Below, one piece after another: positions 51,101 through 63,500 of a stretch of DNA of 64,000 bases. The position numbers and the translations under genes are program-made. Under the pieces are notes generated by a model. The model did not search any database. It saw nothing but the letters and a program-made list of their open reading frames with translations, and had not been told where the DNA came from. Positions within the stretch are counted from its first letter, which is position 1. Every line of letters begins with the position of its first letter. Origin of the DNA: Lytechinus pictus (taxonomy: Eukaryota); the NCBI RefSeq assembly GCF_037042905.1, contig NC_087250.1:15626001-15690000 (forward strand), read 5' to 3'.

Positions 51101-54100
51101 ATCTATCCCATTGGTCCAATTAGAACTGTGCAATCGAGGGTTCTTCGGACAATTATCAACCTCGTCATCAAAACCATCTCCATCAAAATCAGTCTCGCAA
51201 GCATCTCCTATAAAGTTCTCTGTTGGAGGAATATAACATTGACAACACATTATCATTATAATCATGACAATTTATTGCAATGTAAAATATAGTTATGCTA
51301 GAAGTACTAAATTTCAGCTGGTTCCTTGAAGAGGAGAGTTTTATAGTTTGGAAATAAAGAGAATTGAATTCTCTGTCCTGGGAAAATTTGAAATGAAATA
51401 TCATTAGTATAATTATCATCATGAAAGTTTTATCATAATTTAGAATATGGTTATGATAATATCCATCATAATCTTTCATAATTTAGGCTAGCTCCTTTAA
51501 GAAAAACATAGTTTTATAGCTTAGAAATAAAGGAATGAAATTTAAGATGAAGTATTTAAATTCATGCATAGGCATTAAAGGGGAGGACTTAACCCTATCT
51601 TAACTGGGCTATTTCGGACCAGTAAATACTCAGATTGCTTATATATTTTTATTAATTAATTATGCAAATAAGCGTATGAAATTTGCCCTAAATTTGTTTT
51701 TTGTGTACTATGTTTATGCCTTTGTGGGAGTATCAATTATTACATTTCTAACAAATATCTACAAAAAATTGCAAAAATATAATTTCTTATGTATTTTATT
51801 CTTTTTCCGATGAACTTTGTCAGGGACCCTTTTGCGATCATAAATAGCATAAAATGAATCCATTTAAACTAACAAAAGTAAAATTAATCATACATTTATG
51901 ACTTTGGTTGAAAATACAATTTGCATTGACTTTGTACATGGAATCACATTTTGAGCAATTTCGGGTCTGACATGCACTTACAAAATGTTGTGTAATTTCG
52001 GAACCGGGTACCCGGGCATCGCAATTTGGTCTCAAAAGATGCGCAAGACTTAAAAGTAAAAAGTCAGCAAGCGGTGCGGTCACAAAATTTTGTGCGACGG
52101 CGTAGTGACAAAATTGTCGAGGGGGGGGGGGTCAATTTAACCCCCCCAGTTTGATAAGGGTTAAGGGGTAGAGAATAAACATTGTGTCTTGTATGGCTAG
52201 TCTTGAAATAGACTTTTTCAGATAAGTTAGTAATACAGAGAATAAAATTAGCCTATAAAAATTAGTTATGTAGAGAAACAAAAATGTTTTTTAAGAGGAA
52301 AGTTACTTATGTTGCTCCAAGGTAACATAGCTTCTATTGAAATATCAATGTAATGAGACATGAAAGAGTTTGCTATACTTCAAATGGGTCTTTATTACAA
52401 GACTACACTGCTGGGAATTCTGCAATATGGGTAATAAACCTGGCCAGATATGAGTACTTGACAACCTGAGGTAGGGCTATTAAGGTTGCAGGTATAATTC
52501 CCTTTAATGGATACATTAATACGAACCGATATCATCTACTTGATCATCATTTGGGACCAGTGGACAATTATCGACTTCATTTAAAATGCCATCACCGTCA
52601 ATATCCTCATCACATGCATCCCCTGAAAAGAAAGTAAGTACCAAAATCAAGCAAAAATTTACATATATTATAATGAAATACACAATTGGTTCCAATCGTG
52701 GCAAGGTATTACTAACTAACTTTGATAAATTCTTCATCTTGTAAATAATGACATAGAAATAATCAAAGGCAATTTTATTTGTTTGCTGTTTTTGGGGGTA
52801 ATGCTAGATCTGTAAAAAAACAAAATGATGGTAAAATCATTAAACCATCTTGCAACGTGCCTCTCATTACCCCCCCCCCCCCAAAAAAAAGGATACATAT
52901 TCTTTCAAAGGTATTAAATACATATGAGATTTTTTTTTTAATTTTACCTTCACCATCACCATCAATATCAAGCTGTTCAGCATTAGGGACAAAAATACAG
53001 TTGTCATCGTAATCATGTACGCTGTCACCGTCTCTGGTTAAGGAATTTGAATTAAATGATAGAAAAGGAAAATTTGATATTACCTATTGTTTAGTTTCCA
53101 CATAATCTCAGTATAACTGTGGAAATACAAATGGTTTACAGTAGGGGAAAGAAGACAAACATTGAGAGAAAAACAAGAAGACATTTGGGAAAATGTTAGA
53201 AATACAATAACAATCATATGTCTATTGCTCATTGCAGATGGCATAATCTACAATAATTAAGAAAAAAACATTGATAATGAAAAATTATGCATAAAATCAG
53301 ATTTCTGCTCTAAATCAAGAAATAAAGGTCATTATGATAATAAATATGCAAGCACTGGTTTGTTACAAATTGTAGGCCTGTGTCACTTACAATGCTCGGC
53401 TGTATAAATAAGGACTTCCTACCCTGTAGGAAGGGATTCCATGAATCAGGATAGCCGTGGAAAGCCGGGGTAATAGTATGCAGCGCTATGAAACATTGCA
53501 TAAAAAGTGCTATATAAATGATGCATATTATAATATTTTCATTATTAAAAAGAAAAAAAAAAAAAAGCAAACACTAAATAAAAGAAGCAAACATACACAT
53601 CAGACTCCCCATTGTCGCACTCATCACCGTATCCATCCTTGTCATAGTCGTCCTGATCGGGGTTGGTAACGAAGGGGCAGTTATCACAGGCATCACCTAA
53701 GTCGTCCCCATCTGTATCCTCTTGATCAGGATTGTAGACAAACTTGCAGTTGTCCTTCCAGTCCTTGAGACCTAGGATCGAGGGTAAGATCATCACAGGT
53801 TATGCTCAACTCATATCCGTGAAACCGACCCCAACAGTTGAAACCTTGGGTGGGAAACAAACTTGATGTTATCCTTCCAGTACTTGTAACCTATTAACAT
53901 ATTAAGGGTAAGATTACCACAGGTTATGCTCAACTCATACCCGTGAAACCAACCCCAACAGATGGAAGCTTGGGTGGGAAACAAACTTGCAGTTGTCATT
54001 CCAGTCCTTGAGACCTAGGATCAAGGGTAAGATCATCACAGGTTATGCTCAACTCATACCCGTGAAAGCAACCCCAACAGTTGAAACCTTGGGTGGGAAT

Positions 54101-57100
54101 AAACAAACTTGATGTTATCCTTCCAGTCCTTGTAACCTACGACCAAGGGTAAGATTACCATAGGTTATTCTCAACCCATACCCGTGAAACCGACCCCATC
54201 GGTTGAAACCTTGGAACCTTGGGTGGGAAACAAACTTGATATTATCCTTCCAGTCCTTGTAACTTATGACCAAGGGTAAGATTACCATAGGTTATGCTCA
54301 ACCCATACCCGTGAAACCGACCCCATCGGTTGAAACCTTGGAACCTTGGGTGGGAAACAAACTTGATGTTATCCTTCCAGTCCTTGTAACCTATGACCAA
54401 GGGTAAGATTACCATAGGTTATGCTCAACTCATACCCGTGAAACCGACACCAACAGTTGAAACCTTGGAACCTTGGGTGGGAAACAAACTTGATGTTATC
54501 CTTCCAGTCCTTGTAACCTATGACCAAGGGTAAGATTACCATAGGTTATGCTCAACCCATACCCGTGAAACCGACCCCATCAGTTGAAACCTTGGAACCT
54601 TGGGTGGGAAACAAACTTGATGTTATCCTTCCAGTCCTTGTAACCTATGACCAAGGGTAAGATTACCATAGGTTATGCTCAACTCATACCCGTGAAACCG
54701 ACCCCAACAGTTGAAACCTTGGAACCTTGGGTGGGAAACAAACTTGATGTTATCCTTCCAGTCCTTGTAACCTATGACCAAGGGTAAGATTACCATACGT
54801 TATGCTCAACCCATACCCGTGAAACTGACCCCATCGGTTGAAACCTTGGAACCTTGGAACCTTGGGTGGGAAACAAACTTGATGTTATCCTTCCAGTCCT
54901 TGTAACCTATGACCAAGGGTAAGATTACCATAGGTTATGCTCAACCCATACCCGTGAAACCGACCCCATCGGTTGAAACCTTGGAACCTTGGGTGGGAAA
55001 CAAACTTGATGTTATCCTTCCAGTCCTTGTAACCTATGACCAAGGGTAAGATTACCATAGGTTATGCTCAACTCATACCCGTGAAACCGACCCTATCGGT
55101 TGAAACCTTGGAACCTTGAGTGGGAAACAAACTTGATGTTATCCTTCCAGTCCTTGTAACCTATGACCAAGGGTAAGATTACCATAGGTTATGCTCAACC
55201 CATACCCGTGAAACCGACCCCATCGGTTGAAACCTTGGGTGGGAAACAAACTTGATGTTATCCTTCCAGTCCTTGTAACCTACGACCAAGGGTAAGATTA
55301 CCATAGGTTATTCTCAACCCATACCCGTGAAACCGACCCCATCGGTTGAAACCTTGGAACCTTGGGTGGGAAACAAACTTGATGTTATCCTTCCAGTCCT
55401 TGTAACCTATGACCAAGGGTAAGATTACCATAGGTTATGCTCAACCCATACCCGTGAAACCGACCCCATCGGTTGAAACCTTGGAACCTTGGGTGGGAAA
55501 CAAACTTGATGTTATCCTTCCAGTCCTTGTAACCTATGACCAAGGGTAAGATTACCATAGGTTATGCTCAACCCATACCCGTGAAACCGACCCTATCGGT
55601 AGAAACCTTGGAACCTTGAGTGGGAAACAAACTTGATGTTATCCTTCCAGTCCTTGTAACCTATGACCAAGGGTAAGATTACCATAGGTTATGCTCAACC
55701 CATACCCGTGAAACCGACCCCATCGGTTGAAACCTTGGAACCTTGGGTGGGAAACAAACTTGATGTTATCCTTCCAGTCCTTGTAACCTATGACCAAGGG
55801 TAAGATCATCCCAGGTTATGCTCAACTCATACCCGTGAAACCGACCCCATCGGTTGAAACCTTGGAACCTAGGGTGGGAAACAAACTTGATGTTATCCTT
55901 CCAGTCCTTGTAACCTATGACCAAGGGTAAGATTACCATAGGTTACGCTCCACTCATACCCATGAAACCAACCCCAGAGCTGTAAACAAACTTGATGTTA
56001 CCCTTCCAGTCCCTGAGACTTATAGGCCCGTATTCTGAAGTCGGGTTTAACTTAAACTCAGGTTTAAAGTTGTGGTTTAAGTATGGGAAGCCAAAAGTAT
56101 CATTTTTTTATTAAGTTGTATGTTTCTTCTGTTTACCGTGCTCTTTCCTGATTCACCGATGGTGAAGACAATAATTTTTCATACTTCCTAGACAATTATG
56201 AATGATTTGAGAGCCAAATGAGCTGAAATATGATATCTCTATTGTTACGGATTTATGTAACAATTGGCTGTCCATACTTAAACCACAACTTTAAACCTGA
56301 GTCTAACTTAAACCCGACTTCAGAATACGGGCCATAGGATCAAGGGTAAGACCATCACAAGTAATATGCTACACTCACAACCGTGAAACCAACCGAGCCA
56401 ACAGGTGAACCTACCCCAGGATTGTAAACAAACTTGCAGTTGTCCTCCCAGTCCTAGTGACCCTAGAGCCCGGGTGGGTGTTTCATAAAGCTGTTCGTAA
56501 GTTAAGAGCAACTTTAAAAACGACTGGTGATCCTTTCTTTTGATAAATGGTATATTCATTAGCGATGGTTTTGCGCGTAAGAAGGGATCACCAGTCGTTC
56601 TTAAAGTCGCTCTTAACTTACGAACAGCTTTATGAAACGGCCCCCAGCACACACTATGCAACGCGATTGCACCAAGATGCGATCGCATCAAAATTACAGT
56701 GTGCGCCAACCTACAACACGCTGCAACTGCATCCTGCTTTGTTGCAGTAGGATCGCAGACCAAAACTCAGACATTTGACATGTCAAATCTTTTTGCAATT
56801 TTGCTGATTTCAGCCAATCAGATTTGTCCTTGACGATGACATCATGGCCAATTTGTGGGGCTTCTGCAGCTCAGACAACATTCGCGCAAAAGAAGAGGCG
56901 CCATGAGATGCAGCGCGCTGCAGAGCTGTTGCAATGTGTGCGCCGACCTGCGATGCGATTGCACCAAGATGGGATTGGCAATTTGCTGGAATCGGATCTT
57001 AGTGCATTCGCATCGCATAGTGTGCGCTGGGCTCTAGATCAAGGGTAAGACCATCACGAGTTATGCTTTACTCACAACCGTGAAACCAACCCCAAACCGA

Positions 57101-57508
57101 CCAATAATAGGTCAGGGCCGAGTAACATGAGGAGTAGCAATTGATCGCACATTTGCTTTTTACACTTCATCGTGCATTCAATGGAATCAATTATAAAAAT
57201 TTGTTCTACGATCAATGCATATTTGTTATAGCATAACATTCATTTGTTCATTTAAAGTTATTTATTGAGGTAGAAAAAAAACAAAAAAACAGGACCATGA
57301 CACTGATTGCGGCATGTAGCCAAATATAAAAAAAATTAATGACAAGTATTACATGCAAATTTGACAAACCACAAGGTAGTATATAATATACATGTAACTT
57401 AGAATGCCATATGACAGAACAACAAAACAAGGAACAACTATTGTTATACAGCATTAAAGTATATAAATGATATATGAAGTATAAAAATAATGAAACAAAT
57501 GAAATATC

Positions 57509-57539
<31 letters not shown>

Positions 57540-60500
57540 TATAAACACACATATATACAGTTGAGGCCAAAAGCTTACATACACCCATGGAATTCAGTGA
57601 AACTTGTTTGTTTGCCAAACATCGTAAAATTGACTTTATCTTCAAAAATATAAATACTACCATGACAAATTTGATATCAATTGAAAGAGCATATAAGCTC
57701 TTTCACACAATTGGGATGTTGTTGGGATTAAGTATATTTCAGGTGGAATTTTCTTTGAAGAAAAAAATACTTCTTGTGCCAAATGTATTTGATTGCTTGT
57801 TATTATATTTTCTAATATCATTTCATAGAAATACATAAATGTCAAATCTATGATTTATATTACATTTTCTCTCATATGTCACCCATGAACAAAAAAGTGT
57901 AATCTGAAATGTTCACATTGAGAAGTAGCTCGCACAAATATGACATGTTTTGTCAAATTTTTATTGTTAATTCGTCTAAAATATGAAGATTTTTGGGGAA
58001 AGAATTACACCCAAATATTCTTCAGCTCCTGATGACAAAGCAATGTGATGAAGGGGCATGACATACTCATTTGTTTGATATCTAATTCGTCATGATAGCG
58101 CAAACATTTTATAAGATACTGTCAATTTTAAAATGTTTGGCAAGTGTCAACCTTTCTTTGAATTTCCTGGGTGTATGTAATCTTCTGGCCTCAACTGTAT
58201 ATATATAAAAATCATATTGCATTACGTCAAACCCCCGTTTGGAGAAAGACCGCAGTTCAGATTGCAAACTGCGGTTTTATACCCCATTTTACGTTTGGAA
58301 ATCCCAAAAATAATTTCCAAGCCCTGATCAACCCTGCTTGGCCAGGTAATCCCCGCTGTCTCAATTTCACCTCCACAGGCCAGTATATGAGCCAAGGACG
58401 AAATGATAAACAACAGCTGTGCTATTACGTAAGACTTCTCTGCCTGTAGTAGGACCTTCAGAATGAAATTATTGCATTCGATTTTTAATCACGTTTTCAA
58501 AGGCATATTGTATTCAGAAATCCAATGTTAGTCCATTTTCAATTTCGAACGAAGAAAATCGACCTCAAAATATGGAAAGTAAGCGAATAAAAATGACGGC
58601 ATGCTTTGCAGGGACCGCGCATGCATCCCATCGTGTGTGGCCCCCTGCTGTGACTGTATATGCCGGACTGTTGTGTTATCTTCGGACCGAGGTCAAGAAA
58701 CAGGTGTTTTGATACTTAAATTGCTTGCTTGGGGGCAGTTAGGGTTTGTCGTACTTGGAGAAGAGAATTGAAACAGGGGTATAGTGTTCTCAAATGGAGA
58801 TTTTCGTCATGATTATCAAATCATGTGAGACTGTGGGTACATCAACTGAATTTGAATGCACACAAACACATGTACATGGCCATAAACAATTAACAGGGGG
58901 GTGGGTGCTCTAAAAGATGGAAACATACATGCACATGTACATTTTCTTACTGAAAATTTTTCACAAAGTAGACCAAAAGTGATCACATCAAGATCGTGCT
59001 GGAACTTTTGCAGTTCTGTGGAAAAATAACAAGAGCAAAGGGGAAGGAGGGCCTGTCATTAGAAGGTGGGACAATCAAGTAAAACTGGCTGGGTGTTTTT
59101 TTTTTAAAATAATCCGGGAATGTATGCATGCACTGAGAAATGGGTATCAATATTGCAACAAATAGGTGAGTAAAAAGGCTTCAATACCGAAACCGCCTTG
59201 TGCACATGGTGTATGAGGAGGGTAAATATTTCAACCTATCATGAAAAATAGAATAATCTTAGAGACTCTACTTATTACAATGGGGAAAATGTAAACAAAT
59301 TCTGGTTAACGGTAAAATGAGATGAAGCAGGAATACTTGTTTTGGAATAACAATTGTGTCCATCTTCCGATGATAGTGGTGCCTGAGCAAGAACTTTGTA
59401 TATTGAGCAAAAAAGACTGGAGGTCAGGAGTGTGTGGGTGTGTGAGGGTTTATGCGAGTGTGGGTGTGAGATGATGAAGTCTGACATTACATAAATAAGT
59501 AAAGGTCTGAACAAAATGGAATAATCTTAGAGACTTTACTTATTACGATGGGGAAAATGTAAACAAATTCTGGTTAAAGGTAAAATGAGATGAAGCAGGA
59601 ATACTTGTTTTGGAATGACAATTGTGTCCATCTTCCGATGACAGTGGTGCCTGAGCAAGAACTTTGTATATTGAGCGAAAAGACTGGAGGTCAGGAGTGT
59701 GTGGGAGTGTGAGGGTTTATGCGAGTGTGGGTGTGAGGTGATGAAGTCTGACATTACATAAATAAGTGAATGTCTGAACAAATATCTTTACAATAATAGT
59801 GCAGGTTTGCCTTTAATGGTGCTGCAGTTTTTCCTGAAGCTGCCTTTCTGAAACAGTTTATAAAACGGCCAAATTCTGAAGCTGTGATCTCGTGCAAAAA
59901 TACACTCAATAAAATGGCAACATGAAATCTAATTTAAGAGATCGGTGGAAAGGCTAGCCCGTGACCAATCGTTTATTTTAGCTAACAAAAAATTAATTGC
60001 TATTGACTGGTACTAATATCTTGTTCCATCGTACTGTCATGGTTTTGAAGGGTTTATTTCCAATTCATCTAATGCCAGTTCGTCCAATCACCAACTCGTC
60101 TACTACCATTTGGTCTATCATCAGTTCGTCCACTCACAACATGGTCTACTTTCATTTAGTCTAATGGCATTCCATCTAAATATCAGTTGGTCCAATAGCT
60201 ATTTAGTCCATATGCCATTTGGTCTAATTAAATTAAAGTGTTAATTGTACAAAATGAATGGAAAGAAGATGGGTATTAGACGAACTGGTTATCAGATGAA
60301 ATGGTAATAGGCGAATGGTGATTAGATGAAGTGACGATTGGACCAAATGGTTATTAGACGAAATGGCATTAGACTAAATGAAAGTAGACCATGTGGTAAG
60401 TAGACGAACTGATGATAGACCAAATGGCAATTGGACGAATTGGCAATTTACTGTTTTGAGATGAGAATGGTTTCACAAAATATCAAAGAACCAAATCCCT

Positions 60501-63500
60501 ATATTGTAATACTGTACACATCATTTTTTGTTTGAACATTAGAAATATCAAACACAAGTGTTACCTTTAAAACTGTCTATAATTATGCCCTCGGCTATGC
60601 TTTGGGCATGTTAGAACTTCCAAAGTAAGCCATCCGAGTGATATTCTTACCAGTGACCTCTACGTGTATTATTTGCATACTAACGACTGAATGAAAATCA
60701 CTATTTCATGCCCATCCAATAATGTGAAAGGCTCATTTTACATGCATGGCTCTGAACCAATCAGATTGCTGGAATTTTCACGTCCATTCCATAATACTTT
60801 ATTATACAAACCTTCGTCATCCTCTTCTATACCTGCATTGATAACATTAGAGCAAATAGCGAGAAAACATATAAATCTATTAATTGACAAAAAAAAGGAT
60901 ACGTTCATAATCGTACAACGCCTACTTAGCTTTTTGCACGCAAGCAAATGGGGGGCTGAATGTGCGATATTCTGTACCATCCAAATGTACTATTGCATAG
61001 CTTAGGAGGTATGGTAATGGTACGATTCAATTCAATTCATTTCGCTCAGTGCAGGAGCAACACTGTACACGTATGCATAGGGCCTACTGGCTAAATGCGC
61101 ACTGTTCAATATCAATTCATGGTATTTATTTCTGAATTCAATAAAAAAGGATACAATGAGAACAAAGTTATATATAGCTAGAGGAAATACAAATACTAGC
61201 AACTAAACAAGTGGAATACCTCTGGCAGTCTCGTCTGCATTATGCGATGCAATATAGCAGCAGTGCTGACTTTGATTAACAACTATTGAATATTTAGTCA
61301 CCAAAATACCATTCATATGATAATAAAATACTATGTTCATTGATAATAAGTGACCTTTGACCTGGGCCATGTGACCTGAAACTCATTCAATGATACTTGA
61401 TTACTCTTATGTCTAGGTTTCATGAACTAGATCTATAAACTTTCAAAGTTATGATGGCAGTTCAACAAATACCCCTACATGACCAAAATTTATTGACCCC
61501 AAATAGCGTTTGACCTAGATCATGTGACCTGAAACTCATGCAAGATGTTTAGTAATACTTGATTACCCTTATGTCCAAGTTTCATGAATAACTCATGACA
61601 TTTCAAAAACTTAACCTTGGTTAAGATTTCAATGTTGAAAGTTGAAAGTCTTGCTCTGCTATGCAGGCGACCAACAATGTGTGCTTTTCTCAATGACTGT
61701 ATTGTACCTTTTGAGAAAATACAGATGATAAATTAGCCAATAAGATTTGTAGTGGAATAAAATTATTTTTGATAGGAAAGGTACCTGTCTCGCTACTTGA
61801 CTACATATTTATTGCAGTATGAATTTATTAAGTAATGAAATAGCTTTTTAATTATTTAAATGAGACTTTATTGCAAGACTACACTGCTCAGAATGTTGCA
61901 TTATGGGTAATGAATCTGGCCAGATAGGATTAGTTCAGGACCTGAGGTGGGGCTATAAAGGCTCAGTGCTAATTTGTATGCCCTTTAAAACATTCAGAAT
62001 AACATAAATCATGCGAACGGGGGCTTGTATTTGCTCAAAAATCCCAGAAACACATCACGATACACAATCCTCATGATGCCCTTTAATTAAAGGAAGAAAG
62101 TTGATTTATGCTCAAATTTTCACTGTTGTACTTGTTTTTGTTTATACTGTTTATACAAATATTTTATTATGAGGCTGCACTCTACAAGCTCCGCTTTTTC
62201 AGCAGCCTCCTTCATTTCCAACCTGTTTGAATGGTTGTTTTGATTATTGTAATATAAATTTTCCTTGTTCTTTATTATGTATCAAGCGATAAGGAACAAA
62301 ACATTATGTAAATGTTGGAAATGCAAACATATAAAATGAAATGAAATGAAATAAAGATATGGTGTGGAGGAGTGTGGAGGACCTGTGGTGTAGTGGTTCT
62401 GACTCTCGCCTTGTAAACAGAGGGTCGTGTGTTCGAATCCCACCACGGTCTGGCATCCTTTGGCAAGGCGTTAATCCACACTTTGCCAATCTCCACCCAG
62501 GTGCTAAATGGGTACCCGGTAGGATGTGAAAGTCATTGTAGCTTGTCCAGTACTGTGTGCGCCTTACCGGCGACTGACTGGAATACTCCCCAGGGAGTGG
62601 AGGATGTGCACACATTGTGTGCGGGAATGACTGATTGAATCCGATGACCGGGGTAATAATATATCTGTAAAGCACTTAGACATGTCGTTCAGATGTATTA
62701 AGCGCTATATAAAAGCGGGTTATTATTATTATTAAAGGGATGGTCCGGGCTGAAAATATTTATATCTTAATACAGAGTAGAATTCACTGAGCAAAATGCC
62801 GAAAATTTCATCAAAATCGGATAACAAATAATTAAGTTATTGAATTTTAAAGTTTTGCAATATTTTGTGAAAATAGTCGTCATGAATATTCATTAGGTGG
62901 GCTGATGATGTCACATCTCCACTTTCCGTTTTCTTATGTTATTACATAAAATCATAATTTTTTCATTATTTCATACTTGTGTGATTAATATGTCTCCCTT
63001 ATAATGAAATAAGTTGCAGCAATAAATATCTAATGCACTAAATCAGTTGTCAATCCAATTTTTCTAGTTCTTGGAGGAAAAAAATTGAATAAACCTAATT
63101 TCCTATCATAAAATAAAAAAGAACAAGTGGAGATGTGACATCATCAGCCCACCTAATGAATATTCATGACGACTGTTTTCACAAAATATTGCTAAACTTT
63201 AAAATTCAATAACTTTGTTATTTGTTATCCGATTTTGATGAAATTTTTGGCATTTTGCTCAGTGAATTCTACTCTATTTATTAAGCTATACATATACTTT
63301 TAGCCCGGACCATCCCTTTAAATGGTGAGAATCATGTTCACTGACCATCGTTGTCATCATCTTTATCACATTGATTGCCCTCCCCATCACCATCGTTGTC
63401 CAACTGGCCTGTATTAGACTTTGTCATGCAATTATCACAAGCATCACCATGACCGTCGCCATCCACATCTGCCTGATCAAAGTTGGCTACATAGGGACAG

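Noticed and set aside
53738..56020. CRISPR-like array
   Set aside because: Whole units repeat with no unique spacers, the context is eukaryotic, and no cas genes are present.
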